Origin: an uncultured Planctomycetaceae bacterium
GTDB taxonomy: Bacteria; Planctomycetota; Planctomycetia; Planctomycetales; Planctomycetaceae
Direction: 5' to 3'
DNA: 64,000 nucleotides
NCBI GenBank assembly: GCA_963976765.1
Contig: CAXBME010000022.1
Coordinates: 1 to 64,000, forward strand
Under the pieces are notes generated by a model that searched no databases, was not told the origin of the DNA, and worked only from the letters and a program-made list of their open reading frames with translations. Below, piece after piece: positions 18,942 to 26,118 of the stretch. Every line of letters begins with the position of its first letter. Position 1 is the first letter of the stretch. The translations under genes were made by a program, and so were the position numbers.

Positions 18942-19250
18942 TCAGCGAGGTGGCGACCAGACCGGTGGCGATGAACCAGCCGAGGATGGCAAGGCATCGA
19001 TCCGGTTTCGGAGGTACTGAATTTCGGTTCTCAACGATTGTCGGTCGTCCGCGGTGGCCTGCTGCGTCGCCACCATCGTTGCCCGGAGCGATGACACGGC
19101 TTCTCGAATTTCGCCGACACTGTGGGCAACAGAGACAGTCACCGTAACTACAGTGCCAATCACCACTGTCAGCAGTTTCACCCATTCGGCCAGAGTCAGC
19201 CTGACGGTAGCTCCGGTATCGGTCGCAAGATTTCTTGTGTCGCCCGTCAT
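18942..19250 (-). CDS. Holin-like single-TM plus coiled-coil protein
   Basis: TM WVKLLTVVIGTVVTVTVSVA followed by a heptad-like segment; ATGA-coupled to the upstream gene. Confidence 0.5.
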   Translation of the reverse strand: MTGDTRNLATDTGATVRLTLAEWVKLLTVVIGTVVTVTVSVAHSVGEIREAVSSLRATMVATQQATADDRQSLRTEIQYLRNRIDALPSSAGSSPPVWSPPR

Positions 19251-19999
19251 GCGGCATCCCTTCGCCTCGATCTACGGTTACGGTTGTCTTGTTTCGTTGT
19301 TGGTAGCCGAGTCTTTCGGCGTCGTTCGATTTGTTCCTGTCGCGTTTCGCGGGTCACTTTAATTTTGCTTCGACGTGCGATTTCGTACGGCTGACCGTTC
19401 AGGCCGGTCACCTTGCGTATTCGATCGATGCGGTAGTCTCGCCAGATGACTGACTGCGATGTCTGCTGCTGATGGCTGTCGCTTGAGCGACCGATCAGCC
19501 ACGGTTCGAGCTGCGTCTGAGTGATGCTGCGACCGGTGCGGATGTCGTAGTAGCTGTACGACAGGATTCTGAGCCGCTGAATGTCGAGATAGACCTGGCC
19601 GCGATAGTCGACCAGTGGTGCCGATTTTCTCCGCCTGCCCCATGCCCGGCCTGATGATTCGAAGTAGACCGGCGTGCCATCGTCGCCCAGCGGCTGCCAG
19701 TCTTTGGCTCGACGCGAGTTGACGGCGACTTCGTACGGGCTCGGTGATCGAGGCTTGCGGTGCCCGATCATCGCCACGCTGAAAGTTGTCCGCTTGCGAA
19801 TGTGCCATCGTTTCGAGTCTGAATCGCGGGCAGTGGTGTCGGTGTTGAACCACGGGCAAGGTGTGCGATCGTCCTGACTGAGTTTCTGACGCAGACGGGG
19901 AATTGTTTCAGCGTGGACGATGGCAATCCGGCAGCCGCGAATATGACCGAGCAAGCTGATGAGCTGCTCGACGGTGATCCGCTGTGGCTCGGCTCGCAC
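19247..19999 (-). CDS. Conserved-looking basic phage hypothetical protein
   Basis: YEVAVNSRR...RAWG...PLVDYRGQVYL...WRDYRIDRI pattern recalled from other phage hypotheticals; GTG start. Confidence 0.6.
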   Translation of the reverse strand: MRAEPQRITVEQLISLLGHIRGCRIAIVHAETIPRLRQKLSQDDRTPCPWFNTDTTARDSDSKRWHIRKRTTFSVAMIGHRKPRSPSPYEVAVNSRRAKDWQPLGDDGTPVYFESSGRAWGRRRKSAPLVDYRGQVYLDIQRLRILSYSYYDIRTGRSITQTQLEPWLIGRSSDSHQQQTSQSVIWRDYRIDRIRKVTGLNGQPYEIARRSKIKVTRETRQEQIERRRKTRLPTTKQDNRNRRSRRRDAA

Positions 20000-20005
20000 A
20001 GTGGC

Positions 20006-20338
20006 TTACTCGGCGACTTCGCCCGGTGTTGCAGCCACGCCGAGATGACTCCGGAGCCGGGTATCACCCATAATTCGCGGCGTGCCGGATGTGTCGTAAT
20101 ACGGCCATTGAGGCTCTGCGTATTGTCGCGGAGCCGGGTGTGTGAAGTGTTCGGCGTAGTGGTGTGGAACATCGTGGCCGTGATGAGCGTAGACGTAAGC
20201 ATGATCCGGAGGGCAGGTCACGGCACAGCCTCGAGGGCCGCAGCAACCGGAAGCAAAGGCGAGCAGTCCGATCAGGACGATGGTCAGCAGAATGGAACTC
20301 AGTGGCAGTTTGGACTGTTGGGCAGCGACGAGACGCAT
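20006..20338 (-). CDS. His/Cys-rich putative lipoprotein
   Basis: Hydrophobic signal, ASGC lipobox-like site, then CCGPRGCAVTC and HAYVYAHHGHDVPHHYAEHFTH; AAGGA upstream. Confidence 0.6.
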   Translation of the reverse strand: MRLVAAQQSKLPLSSILLTIVLIGLLAFASGCCGPRGCAVTCPPDHAYVYAHHGHDVPHHYAEHFTHPAPRQYAEPQWPYYDTSGTPRIMGDTRLRSHLGVAATPGEVAE

Positions 20339-20387
20339 GGTGACTTCCTTGTCGAAATGCGGGGCGGAGGGTGGCTTCTGATTCCGG

Positions 20388-20810
20388 TCAGTCTGCGCGA
20401 GAGTCGTCCGGATCAGAGAGCGGCGATTCCAACGCCCCGCCTGGAGTGGATGGAATCTGTGATTGGAGCAACTGCTTTAAGGCTTCCGGCCCCCCGGCCT
20501 GCTGAAGCTGTTCACCGACCGGACCCGTGGCCACGGTCGACGTGATTTCGATGCCGGTCAAACCGGCTCGGACCTGATTGCGATTCAGTCCAGGACCGGC
20601 ATCGTCTGGTGTCGGCGTCTGAAGTGAGTATGTCGACTGGCCAAGAATCAACGGGCCGTCGATTGCTTGCGGTGAGAGACGCACTCCGGTCGTCGATACC
20701 TGTACGTTGCTGCCAGGTGGAAGATCTTTGAGGACGCTGGAGCAACCTGCCAGTGCGATGACAACGGCGATCATTCCCAGACTGGCGAATGCGGGTTGAT
20801 CCTGCTTCAT
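20388..20810 (-). CDS. Lipoprotein (Pro-rich)
   Basis: MIAVVIALAGC lipobox; ATGA overlap at 20807-20810. Confidence 0.7.
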   Translation of the reverse strand: MKQDQPAFASLGMIAVVIALAGCSSVLKDLPPGSNVQVSTTGVRLSPQAIDGPLILGQSTYSLQTPTPDDAGPGLNRNQVRAGLTGIEITSTVATGPVGEQLQQAGGPEALKQLLQSQIPSTPGGALESPLSDPDDSRAD

Positions 20811-21094
20811 CGGTCGCGTCTCCATGCTTCGTAAGCGAGCTTGGCGCCAGGGATCGACATCAACACCGAGAACTTATTGACCAGGATCGCATGAAACGCC
20901 GCCTGCTGTTCTGGTGACATCTTGGCATATTCTTCCAGCAGCGCGGGGATCATCACCAGCAGAGCCCAGACCATTGTGGACTTCAGACCTTCAGGACTGA
21001 TTCGGCCTCTAAGGTCTGCCGCCGCAGCGGCGATCTCAGTCACTGTCTCTTGGACAGTTGGGGAGTTCTCGGCAGCCAGCTGATCGATGCTCAT
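20807..21094 (-). CDS. Small helical/hydrophobic phage protein; first gene of the leftward late operon
   Basis: ATG 21094 with AGGT upstream; hydrophobic MVWALLVMIPALL; coupled to the next gene. Confidence 0.6.
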   Translation of the reverse strand: MSIDQLAAENSPTVQETVTEIAAAAADLRGRISPEGLKSTMVWALLVMIPALLEEYAKMSPEQQAAFHAILVNKFSVLMSIPGAKLAYEAWRRDR

Positions 21095-21249
21095 TTGACC
21101 TGTTCGGTGATTTGCAGGTGTTGCAGAATGCCGATCCGCAGCGACGACATCCATGCCGTCACTGCGGGTTGGCGATCAGACTGTTCGTCCCTGAACAGCG
21201 AAGGTGCAACGCTGAAAGTTGCTCCCTCTACAAATACCGGCGGTGGCGC

Positions 21250-21489
21250 ATGATTGAGCAGGTCGATCGCAATAGACGCGTTGAGCAACGGACTTGCGAC
21301 AATAACGGCGTGGCGCAAGAAGTCATCGAAGAAGTTGGCCACCGTCAATTCATGGCTTACCGGCTGTTGAGGCAGGAGCACCGCAGCCAGCGGGATGCCG
21401 CTAAATATCTGGGCTGCCACCGCCGCACCGCGGAACGATGGGCGAGGCAGGTCGAGACTGTGGTTGACCGATTGCGGGAACAAGCTTGA
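21250..21489 (+). CDS. HTH DNA-binding protein (sigma region-4-like), divergent from the late operon
   Basis: RSQRDAAKYLGCHRRTAERW helix-turn-helix. The in-frame upstream extension (GTG 21118) would add CRHC...C....C, so the start is uncertain. Confidence 0.65.
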   Translation: MIEQVDRNRRVEQRTCDNNGVAQEVIEEVGHRQFMAYRLLRQEHRSQRDAAKYLGCHRRTAERWARQVETVVDRLREQA

Positions 21490-21559
21490 GAAAAAATGAC
21501 AGGCCGGCCCAGCGGACTGCCCACGCAAATTTCTCTCACGAAACAATTTGAATGGCGGC

Positions 21560-21640
21560 GTGCGCGAAAGAAAGTGTGTCCAGGACCCCGACAGTTCCGT
21601 ATAGGGTACCTAGCCGGACGGCTCCGGAAGTACCTGCGAT
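21560..21640 (-). other. Candidate cos-like packaging site
   Basis: Non-coding. Minus strand AGGTACTTCCGGAGCCGTCCGG (AGGTACTTCCGG at 21624-21635) resembles lambda cosQ-cosN (GGGTCCTTTCCGGTGATCCG). An exact GGGTCCT lies at 21582-21588. It is upstream of the late operon. Confidence 0.45.
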
Positions 21641-21685
21641 AGACAAGCTACGCAGTCCACTGCAATTTTCAGTTTTCACTTTTCT

Positions 21686-21884
21686 TTGAAAATCAGACTG
21701 GATTGCGTCGACACCGGAGTCGACGGCCAGGTCGCCGAGATGCTCGCGGCCATCCGGCTACGGCTGGCCGGCGTCTCTGCTGAGCAACTACCTCAGCGGC
21801 AACAAAGCCCCAGGCATCGACAACCTGGCCCGCATGGCGACAGCACTCAACGTCGAATGGCGAATGATTCCAAAGGAGACATAG
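21686..21884 (+). pseudogene. Frameshifted XRE-family HTH regulator
   Basis: Frame A ...EMLAAIRLRLAGVS switches at ~21775 to the +1 frame SLLSNYLSGNKAPGIDNLARMATALNVEWRMIPKET*, a typical XRE C-terminal half. Confidence 0.6.
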
Positions 21885-21969
21885 AGGCACCTCTGCGTGA
21901 GTCTCCCAGTGCCCGGTTGATGTCCCATCATCAATCGGTGTTTTTTCGTGGACACCTGACCGTTCCGAA

Positions 21970-22584
21970 TCAGAACCACAACGAATCGTCGCCCCACGCC
22001 TTATCCACGAACTGTTGAGCATCATCCGGAACAACCAGTTCGAACGGTTCTCGTGAATCATTGATGGCCTGATAATCATGCACGAGCATATTCGGTCTGA
22101 AGTGCAGATCCTCACCTGCGATTTTCGAGAAACCAAGCCCCGCCAGCTCCTTCCCGGTCAGGTCTGTTGTGCCTTCCCACATGACCGTGATCGAGTCACC
22201 ATCGACCAGACGGCAGACGTGGTCAATGATGTAGCCTTGCCAATCTCGCAAAGCTGGGTGAAATATGGCTCTGTGAATGAACAGCACATGCGAAACGTGC
22301 TCGTCAAACTCCAGGTCACGACGGACCTCATCGCGGCCACTGACTTCCTCAAACACCGCGCGATAGACACCTTCCCAGCCTGAAGAGTCGGCATCGCAGA
22401 CGGTGTAAATGTCAGCGCCGAAATCCGTCGCCCGGTACAAGTCCAAGTGATCCAGAGCCACGCGACCGGCGACAACTGAATCATTGTTTTCAGGCCAGCA
22501 ATGAATGTCCAAGCGGCCAGGCCGTATGAATTGCTCTGGGCCGCTCGGATCAGGGAAGTAGTGCGAACGATATTCAAATCGCAT
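21970..22584 (-). CDS. Hypothetical protein, possible degenerate GNAT fold
   Basis: 204 aa; VLFIHRAIFHPALR and LAGLGFSKI echo GNAT motif A and the C-terminal GF motif. Confidence 0.55.
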   Translation of the reverse strand: MRFEYRSHYFPDPSGPEQFIRPGRLDIHCWPENNDSVVAGRVALDHLDLYRATDFGADIYTVCDADSSGWEGVYRAVFEEVSGRDEVRRDLEFDEHVSHVLFIHRAIFHPALRDWQGYIIDHVCRLVDGDSITVMWEGTTDLTGKELAGLGFSKIAGEDLHFRPNMLVHDYQAINDSREPFELVVPDDAQQFVDKAWGDDSLWF

Positions 22585-22612
22585 CGTATGAAGCCTGCCA
22601 TCAGTTGATCAT

Positions 22613-23080
22613 TCAGCCGTCAACCAGCATCTGAATTACCGCAATCACACCACCAAGACCAACCAGCCCCCATCCCACTCCAAGCAGGACGGGTTCCTGT
22701 GCATTACCGGCGAATTGACTGATCAAGGAGCCGCCAATGAGACCGCCGAAACTGCACAACCCCACCGTCACCCGAGTGCTTTTACGAGCTCTTTCCAAGC
22801 GAGCACATTTAACCTCTGCATCCTTCTGCGATTCACGCAGTAATCGGACTTGCTCCCTCAGATCGTTGCGATCGGTCATCAGGCATTCCTTTGTCGCCGA
22901 AAGACCGCTGTTCTCATCACGAAGATGACCGATAAACCCATCAGTCATGTACTGCTCACGTTCCTGCGCCGTCATCTTCCTGCGAGCGCTCGTGATCGCC
23001 TTTTCTTCGGCAACCACATTCTCATCGCTCGACTCTCCGGGGTCACCGTCTGGAACGATCGAATCGACGCCACCGCTCAA
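22613..23080 (-). CDS. Coiled-coil plus two C-terminal TM helices; putative partner toxin of the Panacea protein
   Basis: TTG start overlaps the Panacea TGA (TTGA); heptad segment then two Gly-rich TM helices. Confidence 0.65.
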   Translation of the reverse strand: MSGGVDSIVPDGDPGESSDENVVAEEKAITSARRKMTAQEREQYMTDGFIGHLRDENSGLSATKECLMTDRNDLREQVRLLRESQKDAEVKCARLERARKSTRVTVGLCSFGGLIGGSLISQFAGNAQEPVLLGVGWGLVGLGGVIAVIQMLVDG

Positions 23081-23610
23081 CGTTCTGCCGCCTTGCGTGC
23101 AGCAACATTGGCAAAGTATTCACGAATCATGTCGTTCGGGATCAACGCCCGGTCCGGTAAGTGGCCGGAATGTTTTTTATATATCTGATCCCACGGTGTG
23201 CCGGGCATGTGCGTCATCTTCGACAGCCTGGTTGCCGTGAAACCGCCATAGACTTCCCAGACCTTGTTCAGCACCTCGTCAGCATCCACTACTTCATCCG
23301 GGGCATCGTGTTCGTCGATAGATGGAGTCGTAATTTCCCAGTCGAAGTCATCCGTAAGTTTCATGTCGTTTGCCCGCTCCGTGATTGGTTTCATCCCGAA
23401 CTCAACAAACTCACGAAACAGCGATCGAATAACCGGGCCGAATTTCCAGGCCTCGACGTCTTCGTTGATTAGCTCTCTGTTACGGATACCGAGCATCCAG
23501 CCGTGGCTGTAGTACACGAGCTTCTGCAACTTCATCGGCGTGAGAGATTCGCCGTGCTGTTCAGCAAGATCGAGCAGTCGGTTGGCGATGGCTTTCGGGG
23601 GGAAAGGCAT
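23077..23610 (-). CDS. Panacea (DUF4065/SocA-like) antitoxin
   Basis: IAN...LTPMKLQKLVYY...EAWKFGPV...YG..TA..LS.MTH..GTPW...I family signature. Confidence 0.9.
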   Translation of the reverse strand: MPFPPKAIANRLLDLAEQHGESLTPMKLQKLVYYSHGWMLGIRNRELINEDVEAWKFGPVIRSLFREFVEFGMKPITERANDMKLTDDFDWEITTPSIDEHDAPDEVVDADEVLNKVWEVYGGFTATRLSKMTHMPGTPWDQIYKKHSGHLPDRALIPNDMIREYFANVAARKAAER

Positions 23611-23726
23611 AACAGTGACTCCGCGTGAAAAGACTGTTTTATCTTATCGATCACGAACAGGCAGTCGCTGCTACTCAACTGCTTGAACCCCAGAAGAACA
23701 GTCTTTCCTGTTTCCGGGAACGGAAA

Positions 23727-23744
23727 ATTCCTATAATCAGGAAT
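23727..23744 (+). promoter_or_regulatory. Palindrome attcct-N6-aggaat overlapping a TATAAT hexamer
   Basis: TATAAT at 23732-23737, ~50 bp upstream of ORF 23785; no good -35 box. Confidence 0.3.
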
Positions 23745-23784
23745 CCGGGTACGAGGCAATGACCGATCCGTCAAAGGTTCAGGC

Positions 23785-23991
23785 GTGAAATCAATCATCA
23801 CCGGCTGTACATGGACCGCCAGCGATGGCATCCAGGTGTTTTTCAGCGACGGGCAAACTCTTGAATTGCCTTCCATCCCGGCAAGCCGAAGGACATTCGG
23901 CCAATTACAGCACTTGTCTGGTCAGTGTCTGGATCAGTCGCAGGTGGAAGCCCTTCTAGCTCCCGAGCCTTCGCCAGAGCGATGTCCATGA
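23785..23991 (+). CDS. Small hypothetical protein
   Basis: 68 aa, GTG start, AAGG upstream; divergent from the Panacea operon. Confidence 0.4.
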   Translation: MKSIITGCTWTASDGIQVFFSDGQTLELPSIPASRRTFGQLQHLSGQCLDQSQVEALLAPEPSPERCP

Positions 23992-24222
23992 CAGGCTCGC
24001 TCTTTTTTCCGAAGACAAAAAATGGTGACCATTTACTGTCTCAATGAACACGGCCCCGTCATGAACAATGTCAAATTGATCCGGGAGTTCGTCTGGATTG
24101 GACGTTGCCATGACTCGCCTCCTGCTTGCCGATTAGCGTGGGCCGCAGATTGCCTGAACTACCCGCTTGAAGGCTCCGGACGAACTGTCCGGTGCCTTTT
24201 CGGGGCTAAGCACCCGTGCTCG

Positions 24223-24456
24223 TTAAGCAGCGTCGTCTTCCACCTTGATGATGCTGTCATTGGCTCGACTCAATGCATCACTCAGTTCCGCCAAGTGACC
24301 ACTTACGTCAATCGCCATTGGTTTCGGGCGACCAGAATCATCGATAACAGTCAGGATAACTCGACCTCTGTTTTTATGAACGTGAAGCCGGAAACGCCTC
24401 TTACGACCTTCGCTTTCCTCAAAAAGAGCGTCGTCTCGATGAAGATAAACAGTCAT
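24223..24456 (-). CDS. Small hypothetical protein next to the tRNA
   Basis: GAGGA SD before ATG 24456; 77 aa, MTVYLHRDD... Confidence 0.55.
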   Translation of the reverse strand: MTVYLHRDDALFEESEGRKRRFRLHVHKNRGRVILTVIDDSGRPKPMAIDVSGHLAELSDALSRANDSIIKVEDDAA

Positions 24457-24651
24457 TGCGGAATCCTCAGGGATCATGCAAGACTCAGCCCGGACAGCAG
24501 TGGACTGAATGCAAAAAACGCTGCTGAGGTACGAGATTTCGAAGTCGACGAACTGACCGTCACGGCATGCCTGCCCACGATCACTCAACAGCGTGTCTGG
24601 GTGCTGATTTCCTGAAACGCCGACAGCAAATATCACAGAAAAACAGCAAAG

Positions 24652-24725
24652 CGACCCCGACGGGACTTGAACCCGCAACCTCCGGATCGACAGTCCGGCG
24701 CTCTAACCAATTGAGCTACAGGGCC
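24652..24725 (-). tRNA. tRNA-Asp (GTC)
   Basis: GGCCCTGTAGCTCAATTGGTTAGAGCGCCGGACTGTCGATCCGGAGGTTGCGGGTTCAAGTCCCGTCGGGGTCG folds as a cloverleaf with anticodon GTC; CCA not encoded. Confidence 0.97.
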
Positions 24726-24930
24726 TTAACGCCGGTTGATCAGCGACCAACGTGACGAGGCGAGGCGGGATTTTAGCTCCGACCTCACGGAGGTCAATAG
24801 ATCGGCCACATCGGGCGGATTCATTAGCAGAAAATACAACGGACCATTCAGACTGCTCGGAGTCAGTCTGAAAATCGGGCATTCACAGCAATACCGTTTC
24901 GGCGATTTACGCAGGCCAATCGTTGGCCAG

Positions 24931-26076
24931 TCAGGCGGAATCCTGCCCGAAAACCAGCAGGTTGTCGCGGTGGACAATCTCTTCGTAAGGAAGATTTGAC
25001 GGATCCGACGGGAGGTCAGCCAGTCGCTGGCCTTTCAGCCTCGCTGTGGTCGGGCTGTCGTAATTGGTCAGGCCGCGAGCGAATTCCTGCCCATCTTCCC
25101 CCACCAGTGATACGACGTCGCCTCGACCGAACTTTCCCTCGACCTCGGTGATCCCAATTGCCAGGAGAGACCGACCATTGGCCGTCAGCGCTTTCTTTGC
25201 ACCCGCATCGAGTTTCAGTCGTCCTCGTGGTTCAACGGTGTAACCGATCCAGCGTTTCCAGGCCGGAACGTTGCGTCCCTGTGCAAGAAACAAAGTTCCA
25301 ACCTCATCGCCAGCCATAATCTGATCGAGAATCCGGTCTCGACGACCGTTAGCGATGATGACGTTTTCTCCGACTTCGGTAACTTTTCTTGCGGCCTGCA
25401 GCTTCGATTTCATGCCGCCCGTGCCGCCTCGACTCTTTGATGCAGACGCCAGAGCCAGCAGTTTTTCGTCCCAGCGTTCAACAACAGGAATGACTTTGCT
25501 GTCCGGCGAGTCCGGATTGCCATCGAGCAGGCCATCGATCACAGACAGAACGATCAGCAACGAACCTTCCAGGAGATTGTTAACCATCGCGGCCAACTGG
25601 TCATTGTCGCCGAACTGAATCTCGCTGATGCTGACCGTGTCGTTTTCGTTGATGACCGGAATGATCGAGAACTCGAACAGTGTGTTCAGCGTGTTGCGTA
25701 CGTTGAGATAGCGTTCGCGGTTTCGGAAATCGTTCGCCGTTAACAACAGCTGAGCCGCGCGAAATCCGTGAACTTCCAGGCAATCGTTGTAAAGGCGGAT
25801 CAGGTGAGCCTGACCGGCGGCCGCAGCTGCCTGCAGGTGAGGAAGGTCTGACGGACGTTGCTTGAGATTCAGCAGGCCCATCCCCGCTCCGACCGCGCCG
25901 CTTGAAACCAGCACCACTCGTCGACCGGATTGTCGGATGCGAAACAACTGCTCCGTGAGGGCGGCGATTCGCGACACATCAAGCGAATCGTCATCGTTAG
26001 ACAGAACGCTTGTCCCGACCTTAATAACAACCGTGCGAGCGGTTTGAATGATTTCCTGTCGGATTAGGCTCTGCAT
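24931..26076 (-). CDS. proB: Glutamate 5-kinase
   Basis: VVIKVGTS, VSSGAV, NENDTV, FGDND, TGGMKSK and a C-terminal PUA domain. Confidence 0.97.
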   Translation of the reverse strand: MQSLIRQEIIQTARTVVIKVGTSVLSNDDDSLDVSRIAALTEQLFRIRQSGRRVVLVSSGAVGAGMGLLNLKQRPSDLPHLQAAAAAGQAHLIRLYNDCLEVHGFRAAQLLLTANDFRNRERYLNVRNTLNTLFEFSIIPVINENDTVSISEIQFGDNDQLAAMVNNLLEGSLLIVLSVIDGLLDGNPDSPDSKVIPVVERWDEKLLALASASKSRGGTGGMKSKLQAARKVTEVGENVIIANGRRDRILDQIMAGDEVGTLFLAQGRNVPAWKRWIGYTVEPRGRLKLDAGAKKALTANGRSLLAIGITEVEGKFGRGDVVSLVGEDGQEFARGLTNYDSPTTARLKGQRLADLPSDPSNLPYEEIVHRDNLLVFGQDSA

Positions 26077-26118
26077 GATTTCACGTCAGATCGCGGTCTC
26101 GGCAACGTTGAACCTGGG

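Larger units (their letters stand above)
1..24651 (-). mobile_element. Lambda-like siphovirus prophage, partial (runs off the left edge), abutting the tRNA-Asp 3' end
   Basis: Co-oriented terminase-portal-protease/capsid-head/tail-tail tube-chaperone-tape measure-fibre cluster. Host housekeeping genes resume right after the tRNA. The right boundary is inferred from the tRNA; no att duplicate is seen in the window. Confidence 0.9.

Noticed and set aside
21584..21592. 9-bp match (gaccccgac) to the tRNA-Asp 3' end (24653-24661) as a possible att repeat
   Set aside because: Too short to exceed chance, and no integrase lies between the two copies.
24022..24615. 197-aa + strand ORF near the tRNA
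   Set aside because: It overlaps the better-supported minus-strand ORF 24223-24456 and has no recognisable motif; not an integrase.
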